A DNA stretch of 64,000 nucleotides, taken from positions 62,001 through 126,000 of the forward strand of contig DF237036.1 of NCBI GenBank assembly GCA_000708835.1, given 5' to 3'. The DNA is from Klebsormidium nitens. Its lineage: Eukaryota > Plantae > Klebsormidiophyceae. Numbering within the stretch: the first letter of the stretch is position 1; the number at the start of each line of letters is the position of its first letter. A program made the translations under genes and the position numbers. The notes beneath the pieces were generated by a model. The model searched no databases. It worked only from the letters and a program-made list of their open reading frames with translations, and was not told where the DNA came from. Below, piece after piece: positions 24,901 to 33,864 of this stretch.

Positions 24901-27900
24901 TAAAGAATGTTCCCACCCCTCCGCGGAATCTTATCAAGGAAGGGCCTGCTCCGTAAAGCTCTCGGCGAATGACTGACTCGGAGCTGGTGGCTTCCAGGTC
25001 TTATCAATGCCTCATGGGCAGACAATTACAACCGCGGCCGACGTGCGCGTCAAAATAATATTCAGTAGACAACAAGATGACCTTGAAATGGATACCGAAA
25101 CGAATCCAAAAAGGGTGCCAAGCCCGGGGAGTCTTACCAGGGAGGGGCTGCTCGGTAAAGCTCTCGGCGAGGGTCTCGTGCTAGTCCTCTTGGAGGTCTG
25201 TTCAAAGCTTCTCTATAGACCCGGAACACGACGCAACCCGCGCACTTGCCAAGATAACCACACAAAACAACGAAAGAGCTTGGAAAAGGCCTCCAAGCCC
25301 CGAGGGATCTTACCAGGGAAGGGACTGCTCAGTGAAGCTTTCGGCGAGGGTCTCGAGCTGGTCGTCTTTGAGGTCGGAGAGCGCGGGCACGCGCTGCAGC
25401 GCGACGGTCACCAGCTGCAGCTGCAGGCCGCGCCGTACGGTGCCCAGAATGTGCGCGTCGAACAGCGCGCGGTCGATCGTGATCGCGGTAACCTGCACGG
25501 GGTGAAGGCAGGAATGTTAAAAATTCCATCTTGAGGCTGCGACAACAGCCCGTGCCGGGAGGCGCGCGCGCTGACAATTGCGCGGTTCGACTACTAGAAT
25601 TATGGCCACCTGGAGGGGCAGATTCACCAGGCGGGGGCGAAGCAAAAACCCAACAAGAGAGGAACTAAACGAGGCGGCGGCAACTCTCTCCTCGGGGCTG
25701 GAGTTGAAAGGGGGGACTGGGTCTTCACGAATCAGGTGATTAGTAATCAAAGAGAGATCAGTTCTGCTTCAGGGGCGAGTCCTCATAAAAACCCAAAACA
25801 TCCATGATTCCATACCATCTCTGAGGCTGCCACGTGGTCAATAAGCTCGTCTGCCACCCGCTTCGAGGCGATCATGACCCATTTCCCCCAATCAAGAAGG
25901 CTAAATCAGCGTTCTGAGGTCTATTTACACTTACCGTGTCGGAAGCTGCCACGTAGTTGAAGGTGCTGATCTGCTCTCCGCTCAGCAGCATGCTTTCCCC
26001 GAGCACCGCCAGCCGGCCCAGAACGGCCGCCGTGTCAGCGCTAGAGACCGCCACCTGGCGCATGCCGGCGCGAGGGGGCGCGCCGTTGGTAACTCTGTAC
26101 GAGAGATAATTTGTAAGTTTCGACGAAGAGGATTTTGGATTGGCGTTGAAATCGGTTTCTCGATTGCAAGTAGGTGTCGTATGGATGCAGTAGTAGCCAG
26201 CGCGCCGGGAGCGGCAGACTTGATGTTTGAGGTGGTTTTTTCTTCTCTTTTCCGAGTCACGTGCTAGCTCGACGAAACATGTTGGCGACTGTTTAACGGT
26301 TGCTTTAATTGAACGTCGAAGCGCACTGACGTCCGTATTCACAGCCACGGAGAGCCACAAAAGCTTCACACGTACGGGTTTCCAAGAGATCTGAAAGCTT
26401 ATCAACGCCCACCTGACTTGGCCCTCCGCGATAACGTAGACCTTCTCCATGATGCTCCCTCCTTTGATGAGGCACTCCCCACGCGAGAAGAGCTCAGTCT
26501 TGCTCTGGTTGGAGAGGTTGACCACATCACGGGTCGCGAGTTTGTGCAGCGCAGGGGCCTCTCGCAAGATCTGCGACAAAGCGGAGTAAGAAATTTGAGC
26601 GAAATTTCAAAATGGATATCAGTGGAACATCTGAGGATACGAAGTCTGTAACGGATGGAAGATTGCGTATTATTTCCCGACGCGTAACAGAACCCTAAAA
26701 TCACCATCCAGTACAGACGGAGTACCTTGGTTGCCAGAGTGTTTTTCCACCCCGATAAGACCCGGATCCTTCCTCAGTTGCTTGCGCCAGACCAAAATGG
26801 ATCAACGCGCGCACTGATTCTTATTCTTTGCCAATTTAGACTGCTGATTGATCTACAGAAACTTTCCTGCGAGCTACGCTTCGCTCTCTATTACTGCGGA
26901 GTTCGTAGAGAGAACCCTCACCTGAGCCGGCTTGGACTCGGTCAGATGACGCAGGATGATGCTCTTGAACGTCACCCGGTCCACGAACCACAGTAAGCCG
27001 TGGGTTAGCGCCCTAACCGTCGCGTTTCGGGGGCAGTCATAGAGAAGCGCGATCTCGCCGAAGCTCTCCTCGGGACCCTTGACCTTGACCACAACCGGGG
27101 GGTCCGTTCCCTGCAAAGAAGTGGAAAGGTTGTGAATCTCAGACGGTCCTAGTTATCTCGTAAATTCAATGGTCACGAGTGGTCGTTCCATGTTCTCCGA
27201 TTCCTGTGGAACTCTTCAAGCGCAGAAAGTGTCCTCATTACCACTTTCTGGAAAGTCTTCCAGAATCAGCAAACTTTCGGTTCTGTGCTTGGCGACAAAA
27301 ACAGGTAACGTTGACAAGAACAGCTCTCCTCCTGCCAGCAAATGCTGCTAAAATATACAAATCCAGCCAATCCGTGCTCCCTGCTCCTTCCAATGTCTGT
27401 GTTGACAGAAGTTTTGCACTTTGAGTCAGAAACATAGAAGATTTACCCCTAGTTGCCGTTCCCTGAAGCAGCCATTCTCAGGTTTTCGTGAACGCTTACC
27501 TCCTGCTTGACGACCTCAAACTCGCCAACGTCCACGATGTAGAAGTTGTCACCCATGTCGTTTTGCTTGATGACTTCCGTTCCTGGCGCGATGCGAATGT
27601 CCGTAAACGCGTCGATGATCTCCTCTCGGAGCGCGGGCTCCAGATCGCTGAAGATGAAGTTTTGGCTGGACACGAACGAAAGTCGACTACGTCAGGTTTT
27701 GGTCCAGCTTTTCTCAATCGGGTCACCTCAACTCCTTTCCATCTCCATTGCGGATTCACTCATCCATCCCTTCTGGCCCATGTCCCCACTCGGAGAGCAT
27801 TTGGGTGTGCCACTTCTTTCGTGCTTCAACTGCTCTACCGTTTGGTCTTGGGGATCCACCCTAGCACCTAGAATCTTGCTATTTTACTCGGAATCTTAAT

Positions 27901-29000
27901 CATCCAAGGAACTCAAGGCTAAAACAGTGTGAAGCGGGTATGACGTAACAAGCAGCACAGGCCAATTCCACTCGCCTGAGGATGTTCCCAAGGCGCTGCC
28001 GGGTGCTGTCGGATTTTGGCACGACCTTCTTGACTGCCTCAAGGTCCACGTCCTGACCGCGCTCCCTGCAAACATCAAAGCGTTCAAACTTTGAAAAGCC
28101 TGTCATTCAGTCTCCCCATCGGCTTGGATGATATTTAATGATTGAGGCGCTTTATCGGCGACGCTTGCAAGATATCGCCTCTTTTTAGAATCAAATTGGG
28201 ACCCGGCTTCTGCTATACCTGTTAGTTTGTACGACCACTCCGATGAAGCGCGACTTTATGATCCAGCTTCTTGCTGTCTGTACAATCTGCTCATACGACA
28301 AGCAGAAGTCGACAGTGTGCGTTCTCTGAGACCAACTTACCGGATGCCATCCCTCATCCGGCGGGCGTTGCCAGCAGTGGCCCCCGACAGCTCCACGCCA
28401 CCCCTCTTGAAGCTCTCCAGGCTTTTCCTGTGCGAGGGCGGCGTCACTCGCTGCTTGATGGAATCATCATCCTCGGAGATGGGGGCTGGGACGCGCACAG
28501 CAAGGTTTTCCGCTACGCGCGCGGCCACCTTGCCGTTGCTCACAGGAGGGGACCTGAGGAGCGGAAGCGGAAAAATTGGTCGAGAAGAAAGTGAGCCAGC
28601 TGGTGAAAATCATGGCAGCAAACAGTAAACAAGAAATTGCTTCCCGGTGCCTCCCATGGTCCGTTGAAAAGCATCCAGCTTATCATAAGGAACAGAAAAT
28701 CCGGGTTTTGAAGAAGCGTCAGAGGCGGAAGCGACGTTGCTAGAGCTGGCAAAGATTATGCGCTAAAAAAAGGGTTGTCCTTTTGCAAGCCAAGACTCAC
28801 CTCGGAGGTCGGGGACTCTGTGCGGGTGACGAGCCGCCACTCTTTCCGCTGGCCGTCCTGGTCAGAGACGGCGCCACGTTCCTCTGCATCTGGTCTGCCA
28901 CGTCAGCACCGGCAAGCTTCTCCAGCTCTTCCTGGGGGAAGACTTTGCCGCCGGCCGCGCGCTTTGCCAGCTCTTCCAGAGACCCCCGAACCGCGGAGAC
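15998..29000 (-). CDS. cGMP-dependent protein kinase-like (AGC kinase with four cNMP-binding domains); 20 exons resolved, 5' end unresolved (candidate further exon ending at 29078)
   Basis: Exons 28801-29000, 28341-28553, 27976-28065, 27500-27686, 26922-27110, 26413-26570, 25935-26094, 25314-25492, 24453-24631, 23604-23968, 23142-23344, 22600-22738, 21938-22130, 21019-21228, 19898-20088, 18863-18975, 17814-18012, 17051-17137, 16477-16686 and 15998-16120 join in frame (3588 nt). Motifs: GDNFYIV...[86 protein letters not shown], and C-terminal WDDIF*. Confidence 0.93.
16309..16375 (-). repeat. Donor-side echo of PKG exon 16477-16686
   Basis: ccggcgctttgtccttcaagccgattcacaggttgaaagctatctc versus the real ccggcgcttcctccttcaagcggatcaacaggttgaagttgatctc; the copy contains an in-frame stop. 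Confidence 0.8.
18090..18260 (-). repeat. Two acceptor-side echoes of PKG exon 17814-18012, each with a branch-point-like motif and an intact acceptor
   Basis: CTTCTTGCAG|GCTGGA(G/A)TACATGCAC occurs three times, with the acceptor G at 18013 (real), 18129 and 18232. Each is preceded by (C/T)TGACCGC. Confidence 0.92.
19290..19830 (-). repeat. Four donor-side echoes of PKG exon 19898-20088, decaying with distance
   Basis: Copies at about 19737-19830 (near-identical, GTGAGG donor intact), 19585-19660, 19445-19520 and 19298-19357. ORF 19473-20027 reads through several [13 protein letters not shown]-like repeats. Confidence 0.9.
20180..20295 (-). repeat. Acceptor-side echo of PKG exon 19898-20088
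   Basis: CTGCAG|GT CTG TTC GGC AAG GTG AAG CTG GTG TAC AAT AAG CGC ACG GGC GAG repeats the start of the glycine-loop exon together with its upstream TGACGTCA motifs. Confidence 0.9.
20540..20940 (-). repeat. Three donor-side echoes of PKG exon 21019-21228
   Basis: [17 protein letters not shown]| is copied at about 20843-20935, 20668-20770 and, heavily decayed, at 20540-20640. All three keep a GT. Confidence 0.85.
21330..21715 (-). repeat. Three acceptor-side echoes of PKG exon 21019-21228
   Basis: ccgctctctttcagg-like copies with upstream gagc[t/c]cc(c)gctgc at about 21330-21405 and 21490-21560, and ccgctgtggccgccgctc...gcctgaaaaa at about 21675-21712. Confidence 0.75.
21720..21835 (-). repeat. 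Donor-side echo of PKG exon 21938-22130
   Basis: [24 protein letters not shown]|GTAAG versus the real [25 protein letters not shown]|GTGAG. Confidence 0.9.
23428..23462 (-). repeat. Short, decayed echo of the 5' part of PKG exon 23142-23344 in the upstream intron
   Basis: cagcagcgcactgtcagcgaagcagccataatt versus the real cagcagcgcctcgtcgccgaagcaaccgtacgt. Confidence 0.5.
24024..24060 (-). repeat. Acceptor-side echo of PKG exon 23604-23968
   Basis: TCAG|GATGGAGATCTCGCATCGGCGGCATGTCCCGCAG versus the real GCAG|GATGGGGTTCTCGCATCGGCGGCATGTTCCGCAG. Confidence 0.85.
24750..25240 (-). repeat. Three donor-side echoes of PKG exon 25314-25492
   Basis: [20 protein letters not shown]| is copied at about 25128-25240 (GTAAG intact, internal TAG), 24925-25005 and 24750-24840 (donors mutated). 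Confidence 0.85.
25811..25890 (-). repeat. Donor-side echo of PKG exon 25935-26094
   Basis: cataccatctctgaggctgccacgtggtcaataag versus the real cttaccgtgtcggaagctgccacgtagttgaagg. Confidence 0.6.
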
Positions 29001-29899
29001 CTAAAGAAATGGAGGCGTTTACTTGAAAGGTTCCAAAGTTCGCGAGGAAGGAAAAGCACGAGTTGCTTTTACGCTACCTGGACAAGTAAGGTTTGCAAAT
29101 TACATTCGAAGTTTCGCCAAATATTGGTTCGGGTTGGCAGCCGCCCATTGCGTGACTGACCTTCGCACGTTCCAAAGCACGCTCCTAAGAGGTACAACGC
29201 ACGAGCAGGTCAGCTTGAAACCCTGTACGTGGTCTTCCGACATATCGTGTCTTTGTTCCAGACAATCAACCTTGTCGTTTTCAATGACGGAAATGGCCAT
29301 GGTCTTTAGATACGGCCAAAACTGCCGACGCTTTTCAGCCCTCACAGAGAGCAGACGCTTCAAATTCTTGCACCAATACGCTTTTCAGCAACAGCAAAAC
29401 TCCCACTGTAACCTTTTGTTGGAAAGACTGTCATAGGCTTCCGCTTTACAACGAGCGTGGCTTAATTAAGAAAACCCCAAGCTCGTTGACCCATGGCCTA
29501 GTGCTGCTTTGAGATTGAAGAGTCGGACGCCTTTACGAAAGCTCGTCCGATATCTGGCTTCGAGCTTGTTCTTCCGAAGACACTGCCTTCTTGTCTGTTG
29601 ACTCATGAAAAGTGTGGCTCCTAAGCAATCTGCCTCGTTCTGTTCCACGTGTTTTTGAGAGGCACTACCCTTGAGACCTCTCAGGATCCGCTAAACTGGT
29701 CTTTGTCATGTCTTGCTTTTTGTCGACAGTCTATTCGAGCATCAGAAAGCGCTGATCATCGTATTGCACAGCATGTATCAGACGCCCTATTTGCAACCCT
29801 GGAAACATTCATATGCCGTCCAGGTATCTTATTCCTTGTCAGGTCGCTTATTTCATGAGGTATATTCAAGTAGAGCCCCATTGACTAACTTGCGTCTGT

Positions 29900-32560
29900 G
29901 CAGATGCGCAAGAAGCCTAAGAAGTCATCTGTTGAGCTGGTGACCGAGCATCAGCTCACTGAGATACTGAGCTTGCTGCTTGTTATCTATAGAAACTCCC
30001 TTGATTTTAACGTGTTGACACAAAACTTGAAGCATGACATATGTATGTCAGACAGCTGCAACTGCAAGGATCGCGAGCTCACCTGTTGGCTGTGGAACTG
30101 CGTCAATGCTGCCTCCACCTCTCTAATCTGTGGCGCAGACCAGGACTCATGGCCCTGCATGCCAGCCTGTTCAGAGACGATTCAACTTTCAGTCCAATGC
30201 TGCCAGCCTCCTTGCAGGCAAAGTCCTGTCCGAGTCCCAGCCTTTTTTTACGTCCAGACCCAATCTTGCTTTCCTCATAAATATCTCAATTCAAGAGCTT
30301 CCCATTCATCGATTTCAGGAGCGTGAGCATCGTTGTGCGTTCTGCAGAATGATGTGAGAAGAATCCGAACAGGCCCTTGTGCAAAAGGCAGCTACCCAGG
30401 TCTGGAGCTCAAACATACAGAGTTTCCTTTTCGATGCAACCATGAGCACTATAGCTTGCAATCAAGCCTTCGCATGCTCTAAGGGTAGCATGGAAACACA
30501 GGGGTCCCCTGGATTTGACATGCCTACCTTCACAATCGACCTCACAAGCTTGACATGAGCTTCGGTGGTGTTGATGAGCCGGTCCTCTAGGGCAGCCAGG
30601 ATTGCATCTGCATACGTGACCGGTTGCTGGCTTTGGTTCAACACAGCTACGTGGTTTGTCAGCAGACTATTTCTGCCATTGCGGGTGTCCACATTCTGCT
30701 GCTGAAAATCAATATATAGGGTCTAATCCAACTTCAGCTTCCATTTGAACAACACGTTCAGCTTTACAGAACCCTTGTCATCTCAAGATATGCTGAGCAA
30801 CAGTGAAGCTAGAACCCTTTGTAACTGGAGAGGGGAGGGTTGCCGCATATGTCAGTAAAACCTTGGCAATGACCAAACATGCCTTTAGGCCTTCGAGCAT
30901 ACTTCTCCATCGAGCGAATAACCCTGGCATAATCAACGTGATGATGAGCAACTCTTCTGTTGAGCAACCTGTTCTTCTTGATTGGACCTTGCAGACACCT
31001 GAGAGTGCACTGTGCAGATATTCAGCCTATCAAGGATACCAATGATAGCTTCTCCTACTGCCAAGGAGCAACCCCAGAATCAATACAAATCTGGACTCCT
31101 TCAGAATTGTTCACATCTTCTTTGGAGGATCTGGCGCTGATCACTACCTATCTTATTGTGAACCAAGCTTGGCAAGAGACTCTCTGATGACTTCTTGTCA
31201 AAGTCTCATTCAGCAAAATCTCATATCCAGATCAGTTGATCTCTGGTTGCTTTCCTCAATCAATGCTGGTGCTTTTTGCCCCCCAGCGTCCTGGATGAAA
31301 GCCGCGCTTACCTTCGGAATCCATTGCTGATCGCCCCCGCAATGCAACCCTACTGCCTTTCTCAAGCAGCCCCAACAGGAGAGACCTTTGGCGTTACATC
31401 TGCATTTCAGATTAGCAGACCCTGAGCACAAGATTCTTCTGTTAGCACCGGGTCCTCTCAATTCGCTCTGTGGCTTGCTTTCCCCCAGCGGCCACGCCTG
31501 TGTTCCTCCAAATCCTCTTTGCTACCTAGATGCGATTTTCTAGAGGTCACCTTCTCAGTCTGCCGCCGACAGGGCAATTTATCCTTGCCAGAGGGCCGAA
31601 TACAATGATCGTGCTCTCAACCCGTCACCATTTTGACAAACAGCTAGCTGAACAAGGTTTTAGAAGATTGATGACACCTTGTGACGTCTTCTCTGCTGTT
31701 TTTGTTTCGCATCCAGCTTGCCGCACGGCCCTCATAATTCAATGCCAGTGGCCCCACAAATATGGTCAGCAGCTGCTGGGGAAAGATATGCCATCTATCT
31801 GATTTCTCCATTCTTTTTGAGTGAAATTTTGTCAGCCCACCAGACTGAGAAGACTGAATCAACTCAGCCGCCTGCCGGGAGCTGCCCATGTGACGTACAC
31901 GCCTGCACGCTGAGACACCCGACCCTTGACACTGGCACAACTCTCTTGGGTTAAGGTGCGCGTCGACCAGAATCCTACTTTGCCTCCAGTGTTGCCTTTA
32001 TAGTACCGCCATGTAGGATAGTACGGTACCTTTTCAGGCCGCACTAGTGCTGATGTGGTGTGTACCTTTTTGACCACGTGGATACATTGGGCCATTCGAT
32101 TGGCTCAAAGCTCGGGAAGAATCTGGCAAGCTTTTTGCACCTTTTTGGTCTGAAACATACATACATACGTACGGTATACCGTAACTTGAGACTTCTGTAA
32201 GTAAGGGGCAGTTCCAGTTACGCAAGTCCGAGTGTCAAAAGCCTCCAACCCATCCAGATTAGCATCCAGATTCCTTCCAGATCAGATGTCGATACGTTTC
32301 TACAGCCACGGCCAGTGCAGCTGCTTGCGTTGCAGTGATTGCATGACCAACTGAAACATAGGTACAAGTCACAGTAGGTATGCTTAGGGTATGATTATTA
32401 CCATCGGGCATAGGCCACGACTGTAAGTTCACGCACATGACGCGCGCGCTTGAATCTATCAACGGCTCAGATTCAGCCGCTTTCAGTGAGCTGTATGATC
32501 GACGTCGCGAACCCGGTGGATCTGGTAACCGGTTGCTTGTTCCGACCAACCGAATCCAAC
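29900..32560 (-). mobile_element. Degenerate coding remnant, possibly from a SWIM/SAP-containing DNA transposon (Zisupton/KDZ- or MULE-like)
   Basis: Broken minus-strand frames include CQCQGSGVSACRRV (SWIM-like CxC...CxH with H replaced by R), a Cys-rich LKCRCNAKGLSCWGC, and LQVLCQHVKIKGVSIDNKQQAQYLSEL (SAP-like) near 29950-30030. There are many stops and frameshifts, and no termini were identified. Confidence 0.25.
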
Positions 32561-32744
32561 GTTGGCAGCGGCCCGGAGGCGCTGTGTTTGTACTTCATGA
32601 AGGAGCCGGTTGCAAATTGCCGGCCGGCCCCCGCGGGCCTGGCCGCCTGCGGCCTGGGGCAAACTTCAAAGTACCGCAATTTTCGCCCGGGGGCCGGTCT
32701 GCACCGACCCGGGGGAAGCCGGCAGACCGGTACAACCTGACCAG

Positions 32745-33057
32745 GGAGGGCGGGTATGGAGAACAGGATCCAAAATTCCTGATCTGAGGCTTCCTGATCT
32801 CAGGATCGCAAGGCCACGTGTACCAGCGTAATGCACTCGATCTGAGCCCTGAGCGATACATCGGACGGCTCCGATTGACTAAGTCACTTCTACCAGGCAC
32901 CCCGGACAGTTGGCAAACGCACAGATGGGGCAAGCTAGGGGATACATTACCGGCACATTTTAACCCCCTACGCTAGCTTCCTGAGATCCGGAATGTCCTG
33001 AGATCGGGAACCTGAGATGAAGTTCTGGATCCTAGCTATTCTCCATACCCGCCCTCC
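32745..33057. mobile_element. 313-bp MITE, PIF/Harbinger-like (3-bp CAG TSD)
   Basis: Left end CAG|GGAGGGCGGGTATGGAGAA and right end TTCTCCATACCCGCCCTCC|CAG give a perfect 19-bp TIR. Imperfect inverted similarity extends about 60 bp (GGATCC, GATCTCAGG). CAG is duplicated at 32742-32744 and 33058-33060. Confidence 0.85.
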
Positions 33058-33864
33058 CAGGAGCTATTGCTGCGAGACATGCGGCCTCCGATTCATGTAA
33101 TTGTAGCCCATCACGTCAGCTAGGTGCGCCTATGCAGAGCCGGACTCGATCGGACCGTGAGTCTCGCTTCTACAATTTTCCGATAACTTAAGCGGTATGT
33201 TGGCAACATGCATGCAGGCATGGCCTTAAAACTGCATCATGACCTTTGCTTAATCCAGTGATCCGGCCATAACAAATCGCATTGCAATGCACCAGCTAGA
33301 CCGTCGGAGACTCCTCAGTTGAGTCAGCGATGCACGATCGATCAAACTATGTGGAATCTAGAATGTGATGTGAACGGCCATTATAGTGGCAGCGCCTTTG
33401 ATTTCGAAAGCATCATTGCGTTTACTGATTTCTTTGCAAAGACGTTTGCCTAGTGCATTGGGGAACAACAGAAGTACGGTCGAAATTCAAGTCGGTCCAA
33501 CAAGCGTGAAATCAATACATAGTACACGATAAGCGACGGCGCTGCGCACCACCCACCCTGACTATGCAAAACTTGTTTGGCCGCCAGTGACTCGGGCCAT
33601 GCAAGTGCCACTGATTCTAAGTGCTTCGATTGCAGACTCGATCTAGCCAGCGCCCGGTGCTTTATAGGAGACTGTATCATGGCTGAACCGCTGCTTCGTC
33701 TGGACATCATACTACACATAGAAGCGAGATGTCGCAACTTGTGAAACGAACGTCGTTGACTTAAGCGGCTCATTTGACGCCAGCGCAGTAAGCAGTCGTT
33801 GTGCCACTTCATGCTATCCCTTGGAAGATTGCTTCAAGGGAGACAAGACTGGTGGGCGTCAATG

